Shown here: positions 39,301-54,300 of the stretch, in pieces
Layout: each line of letters begins with the position of its first letter
Numbering within the stretch: the stretch's first letter is position 1
Translations under genes and position numbers: made by a program
The notes under the pieces: model-generated
Told to the model about the DNA's origin: nothing
The model's input: the letters and a program-made list of their open reading frames with translations, nothing else
Database searches by the model: none
Assembly (NCBI GenBank): GCA_965112735.1
Contig: OZ218962.1
Coordinates: 992,001 to 1,056,000, forward strand
Length of the DNA stretch: 64,000 bases
Direction: 5' to 3'
Source of the DNA: Phaeosaccion multiseriatum
Taxonomy: Eukaryota; Protista; Ochrophyta, other classes

Positions 39301-42300
39301 TGCGCTCCCTTGGTTCGAGCAGCAGGCGCATGCGATGGTTCCAAGCGGCGGCGTCGTCGAGAAGAAGGGAGGAACACTCCTCTCATGCCGCTTCACCCCT
39401 CAGCTCAAGGGCTTGCTGCAAGATCACGCGGTGGGAGGAGTGGTGCTCATGCCGGGCATGGGGTACATCGAGATTGGCCTTGCCGCCTTGCTGAAGGGCA
39501 AGCCTTTCCCTGGTGAGAGGCAAGTGGTCCTGAAGGGCCTGGTCTTCATGGCTCCACTGGAAATTGCAGGCGCTCGTGCCCCCTATGTGGACCGTACGGT
39601 GGAGGGCTCCACTACTGTGGTCGCTTCTGAAGTCAGTGCCTTCATCACTGCCCGCGGCAGCGTGCAGTTTAACGGAGGTCCCCACGGCAAGGCTGGAGAG
39701 ACGGTGGCGAAGGCGACTTCCCTTCAATTGCGCACAAGGACGGAGGCAGAGACATTGGACGTGGCGCGGGTGAGAGCCGCGGTGGGGGACGAAGACATCG
39801 CCGAGGGGCTGTACCTCAAGCTTGCCAGTGCTGGGTATGACTACGGTGCCAGCTTTGTCCGAACGCAGCATCTGTTCGCCGCCAGTGGACAGGCCTTGTC
39901 GGTTGCGGCGGCAATGGATGGCAGCCTATCGGCGGAGTGGGAGATCAACGGCTTCTACCTCCACCCTGCAGTGCTGGATAATGCCGCGCACACCATGCTG
40001 GCGCTCTTGCCGGAGGAGCTGACGAGCAAGGCCTTTGCCGCCGTCTTCTTGCCCACCGGCTGCGAAGAGGTGCTTGTGCGAGGGGCCATCACGAGCGAGA
40101 AGGTGTGGGTGCATGCGGTGGTGAAGAAGGTGGACTCTCAAGCTCGTGCGATCGAGTGCAACGTCGTGATAGCACACTTCGAGACGAAGCAAGTGCTCGT
40201 GCAGCTCAACCACTTCCGGATGCAGCTGGCCCGAGGCTTCTCCCGCACCAACCCCGTCACCCGAGCGCTGTATTCTCTACAGTGGCTGCCCAACGATTCC
40301 ATCTCCCGCAGCAGAGGTGACGTGGAAGAGCGAGAGGAAGCTTGGCTGCTCCTCACCAGCGGCGCTCGTGGCAGCTTGGACAAGGCAGCGAAAGAGAGCT
40401 TGCCCATCTCTGTGACACTGACGGAGAGGGAGGTCAGGAGCATCGACGACTCCACCCTCGCTTCAGAAGCGCCCGCAGGATGGGGCCGTGTGGTGTGCAC
40501 ATTGTTCGGCGGCAAGCAGCAGAGCCCCAGCCAAGAGGCACAGACACTCCTCCTGTTGCTACAGCAGCTTTTACGAAGGCCAGCTCCCTTGATGGTGCTG
40601 GTGCAGGACACACTAAGCGGCGGCGAGGGGTGGAGGCATCACTGGGTGTACGGCATGATTCGAACCGCTCGTATCGAGCACCCTTCACTAGCCATCACGG
40701 TGGTGGACGTGGGCAGCGAGTACCTGCCCAAGTGCTGGACCATTGCGTCACTGGGGCAGGACGTGTGGGTGCGAGACGGACGATACCTCACGCCTCACCT
40801 GGCGCCCTCAGCAGATGCGCACCTCCCATTCTCCTTCGATCTCATAGCGAGGGGAAGCATCGAGGGAGGCTTGAAGCGCAGGGACGTACTCCCTTCCGAG
40901 AGAGACGCTGCCTTGCAGGACGGGGAGATTGAAATTTGTGTCAAGGCGGTGGGGCTCAACTTCAGAGACGTGCTGAATGTGCTCGACCTGTACCCTGGCG
41001 ACCCTGGACAGCCTGGCATCGAGCTATCGGGAGTGGTCACTCGAGCATCGCGAAAGTCGCGCTTTCAAGTGGGAGACAAGGTCTACGGGTTTCCGGACAA
41101 GGGCTGCTTCCGCTCCCACGTAACGACAAGTGACGTGTGTCTGGCCAACATGCCTTCCAGCAGGACCTTTGAGGACATGGCAGCGCTGCCTACCGCGTGG
41201 CTCACAGTGGTGCACGCATTCGAGCAACTCGCTGGCTTGAAGCGTGGTGAGAAGGTGCTCATCCATGCCGCGTCAGGTGGAGTGGGTCTGGTGGCCGTGC
41301 AGATTGCTCAGCGCATCGGAGCGGAGATCTACGCCACTGCTGGATCCGAGGAGAAGCACGCCTACTTGCGAGGCCTGGGCGTGAAGCACATTGCGTCGTC
41401 GCGAGATGCGGAGGCCTTCAAGGCTTCCATTGGAGCTGCGAAGGTGGATGTGGTGCTCAATTGCCTGTCGGACAACTTCATCCCTTACTCTCTGGGGCTG
41501 CTGACGAAGAACGGGCGCTTCATGGAGATCGGCAAGCGAGGCGTGTGGACCAGGGAGGCGATGAAGGCTGCCAGGCCCGACGTGCTGTACGAGCTGATTG
41601 CGCTGGACTCCATGATAGCAGACGACTTCAAGGCCGAGAAGCAGGGCTGGGCGTTCGCTGGGCTGGAGCAGCTGACAGCGGACAGTGAGGCGGGCAGGGC
41701 CGAGGCGCTACCAGTGAAGACATTCGACTTGAGGGATGAGCTTGTGGAGGCAATGAACTTCCTCAGAACTGCGAAGCACATTGGGAAGGTTGTGCTCAGT
41801 AGCCCTGAGTGTGGCATTCCCGTCGTGCGAGACGGGACTTACGTTATCAGCGGTGGGCTGGGGGCGCTTGGGCTGGCGACTGCGAAGCATTTGGCTGATA
41901 AAGGAGCTCGTCATCTTGTACTGCTCTCGCGAGGGGGAAAGGTCAAGGCGGACTCCAAGGCGCTGTGGGAGGAGCTTCTCAACGTGCCCGGCGGAGTGAG
42001 CACCAGGGCTGTATCGTGCGACGTGTCTAGCGCGCAGTCGCTTGGGAAGGCCCTAGACACGGCGCTCAGCAGCATGCCGCCCGTGCGAGGTGTCATCCAC
42101 GCTGCCGGCGTGCTCGACGATCGCTTGCTGGTGGACCAGACGCCCGAAAGTATCGAAGAGGTCTTCAAGCCGAAGGTGGAGGGCGCTTGGAATCTGCACG
42201 AGCTGTCGCTGCAGATGGCCTGGCCCTTGGACTTCTTTGTGTCCTACACATCCATGGCAGGTGTGTTAGGCAATGCAGGCCAGGCCAACTATGCTGCAGC

Positions 42301-45300
42301 CAACGCTGCTGTGGACGGGTTGATGCAGCATCGTCGGCGCCTCGGTTACTCCAGCTCTGTGGCCCTCCAGTGGGGGCCGTGGGGCGAAGCTGGCATGGCC
42401 GCTCGGTCCGAAGTTGCCATGGCCAGTCTGGAGATGGCCGGCGTTGGGCTCATCAGTAAGGCATTGGGTATGGCGGCGCTTGATGCCGGCGTGTCAGCCC
42501 CATCTGCGGCATCACGCGAGCTCTTGGTTCTGCCTGGCATGGACTGGCCCGCCTTCTCTGAGACGGCTAGCAACCCGGGGATGCTCGATGCTCTCGTTAG
42601 AGAGGCTTCGATGGTGGGACCGCAGAACAAGACTAGCAACAGTGTGACTAACGAGGTTAAGCGCGACCTACTGGAGCTGTCGGAGGGTGAGCGAAAGCCC
42701 ATGCTGCAGGCTTTAATCATGGAGATGGCAAAAGCATGCATTGGGGAAGCAGGCATCGAGCTCGACGCTTTGAGGCCTTTGATGGAGGCTGGGCTGGACT
42801 CCATGTCTACGGTGGAGCTTCGGAGTCGACTTCAAGCTCGTTTCGGCGTGCCGGTCCCCAACGACGTGCTCTTCAGTTACCCCTCAGTGGCAGCGCTGAC
42901 AGAGTGGCTCGAGGGCTTGGTCTTGGGGGCTGAGGAGGGTGAAGATGAGGACAGGAATGCTGAACCCTCTGGAGGTGGCATGACTGCCCCCCTGGCTGTT
43001 GTGGGCATGGCGTGCCGCTTTCCGGGGGGCTCGAACAGTCCAGAGGCCTTCTGGTCAATGCTGCGAGCAGGTACTGACTGCATTCAGACTGCCCCTCTGA
43101 ACCGGTGGGCGGGAAAAGAGGGGAGCGAGGATTGGCAAGGCAGCTTCATTGCTGAGGTGGAAATGTTTGACCCCGCCGTATTCGGCATCTCGTTTGCCGA
43201 AGCGGCTGCGATGGATCCGCACCAGCGAGTGATGCTGGAGGTTGGATACGAGGCATTGGTCAACGCGGGGTGCGACAAAGCAAGCTTGGCGGGCAGTCGG
43301 GCAGGCGTCTTCATCGGCATGATGAGCCTCGGCGACTGGGGCTACCAGGGCAAGCATGTAGGGGCTGGAGTATACCGCACTATGGGTCGCGTCCAATGTG
43401 GCGTTGCCAATCGGCTCTCGTACGTGCTGGGGCTGCAGGGGCCGTCCATGACCACTGACACGGCGTGCTCGTCATCGCTGGTGGCCTTGGACAACGCCTG
43501 CAGCAGCTTACGCATGGGCAAGTGCGATTCCGCTGTCGTCGGGGGCGTCAATTGCTTGCTCGGGCCAGTGGCCTTTGAGGACATTCAGGGCAGCGGCTTC
43601 CTGTCGCCGGACTGGTAAGTTCTTCCTTTTCGTTCCTCCGCACTTATGGTTCTGCTCCTCCGTCTCGTCCTACTTGCGCCGCCGACTACAACTCCCCTCA
43701 CGCTACCCATGCCCTTCTCAGGCGCTGCAAGACGTTCGACGCGTCGGCAAACGGATACGTGCGGGGTGAAGGGTGCGGTGCCGTTGTGCTGAAACGTCTA
43801 GATGACGCCCTCGCTGCCGGAGACACGATCCTCGCCGTGATTGAGGGCTGTGCCGTGAACCACAACGGAGCCAGTGCCCGCCTCACAGCCCCGAGCCCCG
43901 CCGCTCAGCAGAGACTCATCGAGGCGACGCTGCGTGAGGCCGGTCGAGAGGGCTCCGAGGTACGCATCGTGGAGGCGCACGGCACGGGAACCTCCCTCGG
44001 TGACCCCATCGAGATCAGTGCTCTCAGGGCCACGTACGGGAAGAACCGTGACGACTCTTTCCCGCTGGTGGTCGGTGCGGTCAAGACCAACATTGGCCAT
44101 CTGGAGGGTGCGGCGGGAATTGCCGGGGTCATCAAGGCCGTCTTGATGCTGCAGCACCGCGCTGTGCCGGCCAACCTCCACCTCGAGAGTATCAACCCGG
44201 AGCTGGACATGGACGGCTTCCCCGTGCAGCTCCCGTCGGCGATGGTGGAGCTGGAGGACGAGGGAGATATGTTGGTGGGGGTGAGCTCGTTCGGGGCGGG
44301 AGGAACGAACGCTCACGTGCTGCTGAGGAGCTACGGGAACAAGCCTGACTCCGTATTGACGGCTGGCATGAATCGCGATGGGGGGCCCTTCGTCAAGGAG
44401 GAGGCGCTGTTCCCGAATCGTGTGGCCTTCCCGTGGTACAAGAGCGATAATCACGCTTTTTGTCCGAGTGGAGGGGTGCGAGATGAGAAGGGCGGGGTGC
44501 TGCTGTCCTGCCCATTCTCTCCAAGGCTCAAGGGCCTGTTGCAGGAGCACGCAGTGGGGGGGGTGGTGCTCATGCCGGGCATGGGCTACATTGAACTGGC
44601 CCTGGCCACGCTGCTGAGGGGCGAGGCCTTCCCCGCCGATGGCCAGGCGCGCATGAAGGGCCTCGTCTTCACGGCCCCGCTGGAGGTGGCAGGTGCCCGT
44701 GTGCCTGGGGTGGAGCGGATGGTGGATGGGTCCACGACGGTGGCATGCTCGGAGGTGAACGTGTTCCTCTCTGCCCACGGCAAGACGCGGATCACGGGCG
44801 GCCCCCGCGGCAAGGCAGGTGAGGCTGTGGCCAGGGCGGCGTCAGTGGTGCTGGAGGCAAGAGAGGCTACTGCAATGATGGACGTGAGGAGCATCCAGGA
44901 GGCAGTGGGGCAGCGCGACATTTCGGGTGAGCTGTACGCCACGTTCGCCAAGGCCGGCTTCAACTACGGCCCCCGCTTCAGGCGGACAGAGCGCTTGTAC
45001 GCTGCCGAGGGACAGGCTCTGTCCGTGGCGACAGCGCAGGACCCCAGCCTGTGCTCTGAGTGGGAGGTGCGTGGATTCTACCTCCACCCCGCCGTGCTGG
45101 ACAGTGCCGCACACACCATGCTTGCCCTTCTGCCTTCTGAGCTGACCAAGGGTGCTACATTCTTGCCAGCTGGATGCAATGACGTGGTTGCGAAGGGCGC
45201 CATCAGAGCGAACAAGGTGTGGGTGCATACCGTGCTCACCGAGATCAGCGACAAGCGCGACAGCATCAACTTTGACATTGTCATTGCCGACTTTGACAGC

Positions 45301-48300
45301 CAGTGCGTGCTCGTGACCATGAAGGGCGTCAAGCTGCAGAGGGCCAAGGGCTTCACGCTCCTGAACCCTCTTCGTCGAGCCTTATACTATCTGGAGTGGC
45401 AGCCAGACGAGGCGCTGGCTCTGGCAACCACCACGGGGAAGCATGGTGTGGAGAAGGAGACGTGGCTGGCTTTGGTAGATAGAGTAAGTGCAGCTGCAGC
45501 GTTGGTGAAGCGGATTAAGCAGTCCATGCCCGAGCACGTGACGCTGCGTGTGCAGGAGTCTGTCTATGACCAGGATGTGGTGAGGGCATTGGAGAGGGGC
45601 GAGTGGTCGCGAGTGCTATACGTGCTCGGCGGTGGAAGAGGGGAAGGACAGACGGCAAGGTCTTCAGCCAGCGCCGCGCAGCAGGAAGCACAGAAGCTGC
45701 TGACGGTAACGCAGCAGCTGGCCAAGAGACCAATCCCCTTGATGGTGCTACTGCACGACACGCTGAGCGGTGGGGGCGAGGGGTGGGCACACATGCTGGT
45801 CTTTGGCATGATTCGCTCCGTTCGTATCGAGCGGCCAGAGATGCAGATCATGGTCGTGGAAGCGGATGTGGAGGACATGAGCTTGGTGCTGTGTCTTCCC
45901 CTTCAGAGTCAGGACGTGCGTGTGCAAGGAGGAGAGTGCGAGACGCCTCAGCTGACTCGCTCCTCGGCAATCAGCCTTCCCTTCTCTTTCGATCTCATGG
46001 CGAGGGGAAGCATCGAGGGAGGCTTGAAGCGCAGGGACGAACTCCCTTCCGAGAGAGACACTACCTTGCAGGACGGGGAGATTGAAATTTGTGTCAAGGC
46101 GGTGGGGCTCAACTTCAGAGACGTGCTGAATGTGCTCGACCTGTACCCTGGCGACCCTGGACAGCCTGGCATCGAGCTATCGGGAGTGGTCACTCGAGCA
46201 TCGCGAAAGTCGCGCTTTCAAGTGGGAGACAAGGTCTACGGGTTTCCGGACAAGGGCTGCTTCCGCTCCCACGTAACGACAAGTGACGTGTGTCTGGCCA
46301 ACATGCCTTCCAACAGGACCTTTGAGGACATGGCAGCGCTGCCTATCGCGTGGCTCACAGTGGTGCACGCCTTTGAGCAACTCGCTGGCTTGAAGCGTGG
46401 TGAGAAGGTGCTCATCCATGCCGCGTCAGGTGGAGTGGGTCTGGTGGCCGTGCAGATTGCTCAGCGCATCGGAGCGGAGATCTACGCCACTGCTGGATCC
46501 GAGGAGAAGCACGCCTACTTGCGAGGCCTGGGCGTGAAGCACATTGCGTCGTCGCGAGATGCGGAGGCCTTCAAGGCTTCCATTGGAGCTGCGAAGGTGG
46601 ATGTGGTGCTCAATTGCCTGTCGGACAACTTCATCCCTTACTCTCTGGGGCTGCTGACGAAGAACGGGCGCTTCATGGAGATCGGCAAGCGAGGCGTGTG
46701 GACCAGGGAGGCGATGAAGGCTGCCAGGCCCGACGTGCTGTACGAGCGGATTGCGCTGGACTCCATGATAGCAGACGACTTCAAGGCCAAGAAGCAGGGC
46801 TGGGCGTTCGCTGGGCTGGAGCAGCTGACAGCGGACAGTGAGGCGGGCAGGGCCGAGGCGCTACCAGTGAAGACATTCGACTTGAGGGATGAGCTTGCAG
46901 AGGCAATGAACTTCCTCAGAACTGCGAAGCACATTGGGAAGGTTGTGCTCAGTAGCCCTGAGTGTGGCATTCCCGTCGTGCGAGACGGGACTTACGTTAT
47001 CAGCGGTGGGCTGGGGGCGCTTGGGCTGGCGACTGCGAAGCATTTGGCTGATAAAGGAGCTCGTCATCTTGTACTGCTCTCGCGAGGGGGAAAGGTCAAG
47101 GCGGACTCCAAGGCGCTGTGGGAGGAGCTTCTCACCGTGGCCGGCGGGGTGAGCACCAAGGCTGTATCGTGCGACGTGTCTAGCGCGCAGTCGCTTGAGA
47201 AGGCCCTAGGCACGGCGCTCAGCAGCCTGCCGCCCGTGCGAGGTGTCATACACGCTGCTGGTGTGCTCGACGATCGCTTGCTGGTGGACCAGACGCCCGA
47301 GAGTATCGAAAAGGTCTTCAAGCCGAAGGTGGAGGGGGCTTGGAATCTGCACGAGCTGTCGCTGCAGATGGCCTGGCCCTTGGACTTCTTTGTGTCCTAC
47401 ACATCCATGGCAGGTGTGTTAGGCAATGCAGGCCAGGCCAACTATGCTGCAGCCAACGCTGCTGTGGACGGGTTGATGCAGCATCGTCGGCGCCTCGGTT
47501 ACTCCAGCTCTGTGGCCCTCCAGTGGGGGCCGTGGGGCGAAGCTGGCATGGCCGCTCGGTCCGAAGTTGCCATGGCCAGTCTGGAGATGGCCGGCGTTGG
47601 GCTCATCAGTAAGGCATTGGGTATGGCGGCGCTTGATGCCGGCGTGTCAGCCCCATCTGCGGCATCATGCGAGCTCCTGGTGGCGCCGGGCATGGACTGG
47701 CAAGTATCTGCGCCGGGGGCTTTTGGTGGCTCGACAATGCTTGAGGCCCTCGTAGAGGATGCGGGCTTGGGTAGCCGCGCGGGAAGCGGGGTGGGGAATA
47801 ACGTTACTGCTACCGTGAGGCGTGACCTGCTGGAGATGCCAGAGCCGAGTCGGAAGCCCATGCTCGAAGGCGTTATCACGGAGATCGCAACGGCATGCAT
47901 TGGTGAAGCGGGCACCGTGCTCGAGGCTGATACGCCTTTGATGGAGGCTGGACTGGACTCCATGTCTACGGTGGAGCTTCGGAGTCGACTCCAAGCTCGC
48001 TTCGGCGTGTCCGTCCCCAACGACGTGCTCTTCAGTCACCCCTCAATCGTAGCGCTGTCTACCTGGCTGGAAACCTTGGTGATGGGATCTGAGGAGGATG
48101 AGAGTGAGTCGGTTGGATACCAGGGGGGCGACATGAAGGCACCGTTGGCAGTGGTGGGCATGGCCTGCCGCTTGCCAGGTGGTTCGAACAGCCCAGAGGA
48201 GTTTTGGGCCATGCTTAGCAATGGCAAGGACTGTGGCCAGCCTGCTCCGCTCGACCGCTGGGCGAGCAAGGAGGAGGATGAGCAGCAGTGGCAAGGAAGC

Positions 48301-51300
48301 TTCATCGACGGCGTGGAAATATTCGATCCATCTGTGTTCGGCATATCGAGTGCTGAGGCTTCTGCCATGGACCCACACCAGCGGGTGATGCTGGAGGTAG
48401 GACTGGAGGCACTTGTGAATGCGGGCTATACCAAGCGAAGCCTGAGTGGCAGTCAGACCGGAGTGTACGTGGGCATGAGCGGCAGTGACTGGGGAGCACG
48501 CGGGGAAGGCTCATCCTTGACAGGCGTGTATAGCACCATGGGCGCAGCAGGGGCAAGCGTGTCCAATCGTCTGTCGTACACGCTCGGACTGCAGGGCCCG
48601 TCCATGACCACTGACACGGCGTGCTCGTCCTCTCTGGTGGCCCTGGATAGCGCTTGCAGCAGCTTACGCATGGGCAAGTGCGACGCAGCCGTAGTGGGCG
48701 GAGTGAATCTGTTGCTGGGCACGCAGAGCTTCGAAAGGCTGAATGGAAGTGGTTTCTTATCGCCCGACGGGTACGTGCGCGTGAGTGTGGAGTGCTTCCA
48801 TTCCTGTTGTGTTCACCCCGCTTCTCCCTTTGACCATCGCCTCTCTGGCAAGTCGCACAGTGAGAACGACTTGTGTGAGTGCTATTTAAGTCAACTTACC
48901 TCATCCCACTCCACAATTCCCATGCCCTTGTCAGGCGCTGCAAGACGTTCGACGCGTCGGCAAATGGATACGTGCGTGGTGAAGGATGCGGTGCCGTTGT
49001 GCTGAAACATTTGGACGACGCCCTTGCTGCCGGAGACACCGTCCTCGCCGTGATCGAGGGCTGTGCCGTGAACCACAACGGAGCCAGTGCCCGCCTCACA
49101 GCCCCGAGCCCCGCCGCTCAGCAGAGACTCATCGAGGCGACGCTGCGTGAGGCCGGTCGAGAGGGCTCCGAGGTACGCATCGTGGAGGCGCACGGCACGG
49201 GAACCTCGCTCGGCGACCCCATCGAGATGAGTGCTCTCAGGGCCACGTACGGAAAGAACCGTGACGACTCTTTCCCGCTGGTGGTGGGTGCGGTCAAGAC
49301 CAACATTGGCCATCTGGAGGGTGCGGCGGGAATTGCCGGGGTCATCAAGGCCGTCTTGATGCTGCAGCACCGCGCTGTGCCCGCCAACCTCCACCTCGAG
49401 AGTATCAACCCGGAGCTGGACATGGACGGCTTCCCCGTGCAGCTCCCGTCGGCGATGGTGCAGCTGGAGGACGAAGGAGACATGTTGGTGGGGGTGAGCT
49501 CATTCGGGGCGGGAGGAACGAATGCACACGTGCTGCTGAGGAGCTATGGGGAGAAGAGTGAGGGTGCGCCAGGCCCTAATGCCCATCAAGCAGAGCCTCC
49601 AGTGGCGTTTTTGTTCACCGGACAGGGTTCGCAGTACATGGGCATGGGCAAGGAGCTGTACGAGAAGGAGGGCGTGTTCCGCGAGTGCGTGCAGCAGTGC
49701 AGCACGCTGCTTATGGAGCGGGCCTGGCTGGACAAGTCTGTGGTGGAGCTCATGTACCCTGCCGCCGCTGAGGATGGGAAGGAGGAGGAGAAGACTGCAC
49801 AAGCGATGCTGAAGGAGACACGCTACTGCCAGCCGTGCCTGTTTGTGCTGGAGTACGCCCTGTGTGAGCTGTGGAAGTCGGAGGGCGTGGAGCCGTCCAT
49901 GGTGATGGGCCACAGTCTGGGCGAGGTAGTGGCGGCGTGCGTGGCCGGTGTCATGTCGCTGGAGGACGGGCTGATGCTGTCCGCCAAGAGAGGAGCCGCC
50001 ATGCAGGCCTGCCCCGAGGTCGATGGAGTGATGTTTGCAGTGAGGGCAGGCAAGGAGGCTACTTTGGCGAGCATCGACGCTGCGGGGGGGGCAGGCGAAG
50101 TGGTGCTGGCGTCGTCGAATGGACCGAGCGCGAGCGTGATCTCTGGAGCGCGCAGCGCTGTGGACAAGGTGGTGGAGAAGCTCATGGCAGATAGGGTGGG
50201 CTGCAAGGCCCTGGAGGTGTCGCACGCCTTCCACTCTCCTCTGATGGAGCCCGCTGTACGTGCGCTGGAGGAGGTTCTGAGGCAGGTGTCATTCAGCACC
50301 CCACGTATTCCCCTGGTGTCCAACGTGACGGGTGAGGTGGTGAGAGGGGAGGAGGTGACGCAGACGACGTATTGGGTGCAACACATGCTGTCTCCCGTGC
50401 TGTTCGCAGAAGGCATCCACACGCTGGTGGAGCACTGGATGGGAGACGGGAGGGGGGCTGACCTGAGCATCGTTGAGGTGGGCCCCAGCCCTGTGCTGAG
50501 CAGCATGGGAGCCAAGTGCGAGCGTCGCGAGGGGCTGGCGTGGATCTCCTCCCTCACGCGAGGGCAGAACTCCGAGGATTCGTTTGGAGCGGCTCTGAGC
50601 ACAGTGCAGCAGCAAGAGTGTGAGGGCAAGGAGCACATCCTGTTCCCAACGCGCAAGGCCTTTCCTTGGTACACAGCGCGAGCCACCGACGCACCTCAGA
50701 CGCGGAGTGAGGTTGACCAGGGCCCGCTCTATGGTGTTGAGTGGAAGGCGGTGGAGGTACTCTCGGCTTCGCAGCAGGTTTCGCCCGACGGCCTTCCGTG
50801 GCTCGTCGTGATTCCCGAGGCAGCCGAAGGGCAGCACGCATCGAACAACCACAGGGCCTTGGAAGCTATCCGAAGCGCGGGGACAGCAAATGGCGTAGAG
50901 GTGCACGTGGTGGAGGCGGTCGGTTCAGACGTGCAGCCACGTGGGGCCCATCTCTTCTACTTGACGTCAGCAACGGGCTCTCCTACCGATGGGGCAATCC
51001 ACTTTGTGCAAACTGTACAGAGCTTAGGCGGGGACGAGGCAATGATGCCCGTCACCGTGGTCACAACGGGAGTGTACAGCGGTGCTGGTTGGCAGGACAG
51101 TTGGGCAGTGGGACTGGTGAGAAGCGTACGACTGGAGCGGGGCGACCTCGCCGTGAACCACGTGGACCTTGAGTGTGCAATGTATCCTCAGTCTAAGGGT
51201 GCTCAACCTAGAGCAGGGGAGATGGAAGCCCAAACTATCTCCCAGGCTGTGACGTTGGCTGCAGAAGCTCACGACGGGGGGCGAGGTGTTGACCTGCTGG

Positions 51301-54300
51301 TTCGAGGGTGTGAGATCCTCGCTCCGAGGCTGGTGCCCAGCACACTCCATCTGACATCGGCAAGAGTCGATCGCTTCACGTACAGGGAGGATGGGACCTA
51401 CCTGATCAGCGGTGGCCTGGGGGGGCTGGGTCTGACGACGGCGAATCACTTGGTCTCCCAGGGTGCTCGGCACCTGCTCCTCCTATCTCGAAGCGGCCGG
51501 GCGGCAGAGGAAGTTTCAGAGCTGTGGCAGGCCCTGCACAGCATGGAGAGTGTCACCGCTGTGGCCGTGGCCTGTGATGTGTCCGACATGGGCCAGCTTC
51601 GAGATGCTGTAGCAACGGCCTTGGTGGGGCTGCCTCATGTTCGGGGTGTGATTCACGCAGCGGGTGTGACTGGCGCAAAGGGAATGTTGTCGGGCGAGAC
51701 GGAAGAGAACATGCGAAATGTCTTTGCCGCCAAGATCCAGGGAGGTTGGAATCTCCACGCGCTGTGCCTTGAGTGGATGGCGAGCGGCAGGGAGGAGATC
51801 GACTTCTTCGCCTCGTACTCATCGACCTCGGCTTTGCTTGGCTTGTCCAATCAGAGCGCCTATGCCGGGGCCAATGCTGCTTTGGACGGGCTGATGCGGT
51901 ACCGCCGACGCCAGCTTGGCCTTCCTGCTTCCAACATTCAGTGGGGCCCATGGGGCGACGTGGGTATGGCGGTGCGGCTGGAAATGGTGTCCAAAGCTGC
52001 GGAGATGACCGGAGTGGGCGTGATCTCATCGGCGCTGGGTATGAAGGCACTGGATGCCGTCCTTGTAAGTCACGCGCAAGCCAACGTACAGGAGGTGGCC
52101 GTCATGCCGGCCATGAGGTGGGGCAGATTTCGAGCGAGCTTGGACCCGGTGCACAACGATTTCCTCGGGCAATTGACCGACCGCGGAGAAAGTGGTGAGG
52201 CGTCAAAGGGCTGCAGCGTCAACGCCGAGGTGCGGGAGGAGCTTCTGCACTTGCCGGAATCGGCACGGCGGGAGAGGATCGAGCAAGGCCTGACGGACAT
52301 GGTGGTCGAGTGCGTTGGCGAGGACTTCACCTTGGCAGCAACGGTGCCCTTGATGGAAGCCGGACTCGATTCGATGGCGTCCGTGGAGTTTCGCAAGCGA
52401 ATCGAGGCCTGGTGTGGTGTCACCGTTTCGAACGGAGCCTTCTTCTCGTATCCATCAGTGTCTACAATGGCCGCGTGGCTCGAGGCCCAGATTCTCGAGG
52501 TGCTGAATGATGTAGAGAGGGGTAAAGAGGTGCTGACAGGACAGCACTTGTCCTCGGACTCTCGAGCCCCCATCGCTGTGGTGAGTATGGCGTGTCGCCT
52601 CCCCGGCGGAGCCAATAGCCCGGAGCAGTTCTGGTCGATTATGTGCGAGGGTAGAGACTGCATTACGGCAGCGCCACACGACAGGTGGGAGAGTAAGACG
52701 GGCGAGCTGCAGCTACAGGGCGGGTTCATCGAGGGCGTTGAGATGTTCGATAATGCCTTCTTTGGCATCAGTGCTGCCGAGGCAGAGGCAATGGACCCCA
52801 ATCAGCGCCTCATGCTGGAGGTGGCCTTCGAGGCCCTCCATCGCGCGGGCCACAGCAAGAGCAGCCTGCGGGGCAGCAACACCGGCGTGTTCGTGGGCTT
52901 GTCGGACACGGACTGGGGCTTCGTGGCAGGAGATGCCGCTGCTCAGAGCGCCTACGGCGGAATGGGCCTGACGGCTTCGAACATTGCTAATCGCGTATCC
53001 TACACTCTGGGTCTCTGCGGCCCCAGTGCGTTGCTGCAGACAGCATGCTCGTCGTCTCTGGTGGCTCTGGATGCTGCTTGCAGCAACCTCCGCCTGGGCA
53101 AGTGCGACTCGGCGGTGGTCGGTGGCGTGAACCTGCTGCTCGGGAAAGGCACCTTTCAGTCCTTGATTGCGGGGACCTTCCTCTCCCCCGACTGGTACGT
53201 GGCACTGGCCGCTCTGGTCTGAGTGCTCTGTTTCATTTATCCCTTTTCTGCTTTGTGCAGCTCATTCTTGGGCGTCCTCTACAGTCAAACAAGACCTTCC
53301 GTTGCACCCCACTCACACCCCACCAACCTTTCTCTGCCTCGTGACAGGCGCTGCAAGACGTTTGACGCATCGGCCAATGGTTATGTCAGAGGCGAAGGAT
53401 GTGGTGCCATTGTGCTGAAGCGTTTTGATGATGCTGTGGCCAGCGGGGACACTGTGCTAGCGGTGATCGAGGGATGTGCTGTCAACCACAATGGGGCCAG
53501 CGCTCGTCTGACGGCACCCAGTCCTCTTGCTCAGCAGCAGCTCCTGTCGGCTACTCTGGCAGAGGCGGGAAGGGACCCCGTAGAGGTGAGCTTCGTGGAG
53601 GCGCACGGCACGGGAACGGCGCTGGGAGACCCCATCGAGATGAGCGCTCTCAAGGCCGTGTACTGCGGACCGGACCGCAGCGAGGCAAATTCCTTGGTGG
53701 TAGGTGCGCTGAAGGCCAACATCGGCCATCTGGAGGGTGCCGCAGGTATTGCAGGCCTCATCAAGACCGTACTGGTGCTGCAGCACCGCGCCGCCCCCCC
53801 GAACCTGCATTTGAAGGACATCAACCCCGAGCTGGAGCTCGCCGGCGTCCCTGTGACGTTACCTGTGACCATGGAGCCCGTGGGTCAAGGCGGGCAGACA
53901 GGAGCGCTCGTTGCTGCCGTGAGCTCTTTCGGTGCCGGCGGAACCAATGCTCACGCCGTGCTATCCGGTCCCAGAGCTGGGAGTACGGCCACGCATGCCG
54001 ACGGAGAGGGCGTCGGCTTCAACGATGCTCTTCAGAAGGACGGCGAATCAGAGCGTGGCGCATTGTATTCCACACGCCAAGCATTTCGTTGGTTCAGGCC
54101 TCCAATGGCATTCCTGCCGAGTGGCGAGGTGGTCCAAGAGGGAGACGGAATGCGGCTCTCTTGCCCCTTCTCGCCTCACTTCAAGGACCTTCTCAAGGAC
54201 CACGCAGTCAATAATGTGGTGATCATTCCGGGGGTGACGTACATTGAAGTGGGTGTTGTCACTGCCCAAGGAGGAAGACAGCTCGGGGTGGAGCAGCAAG

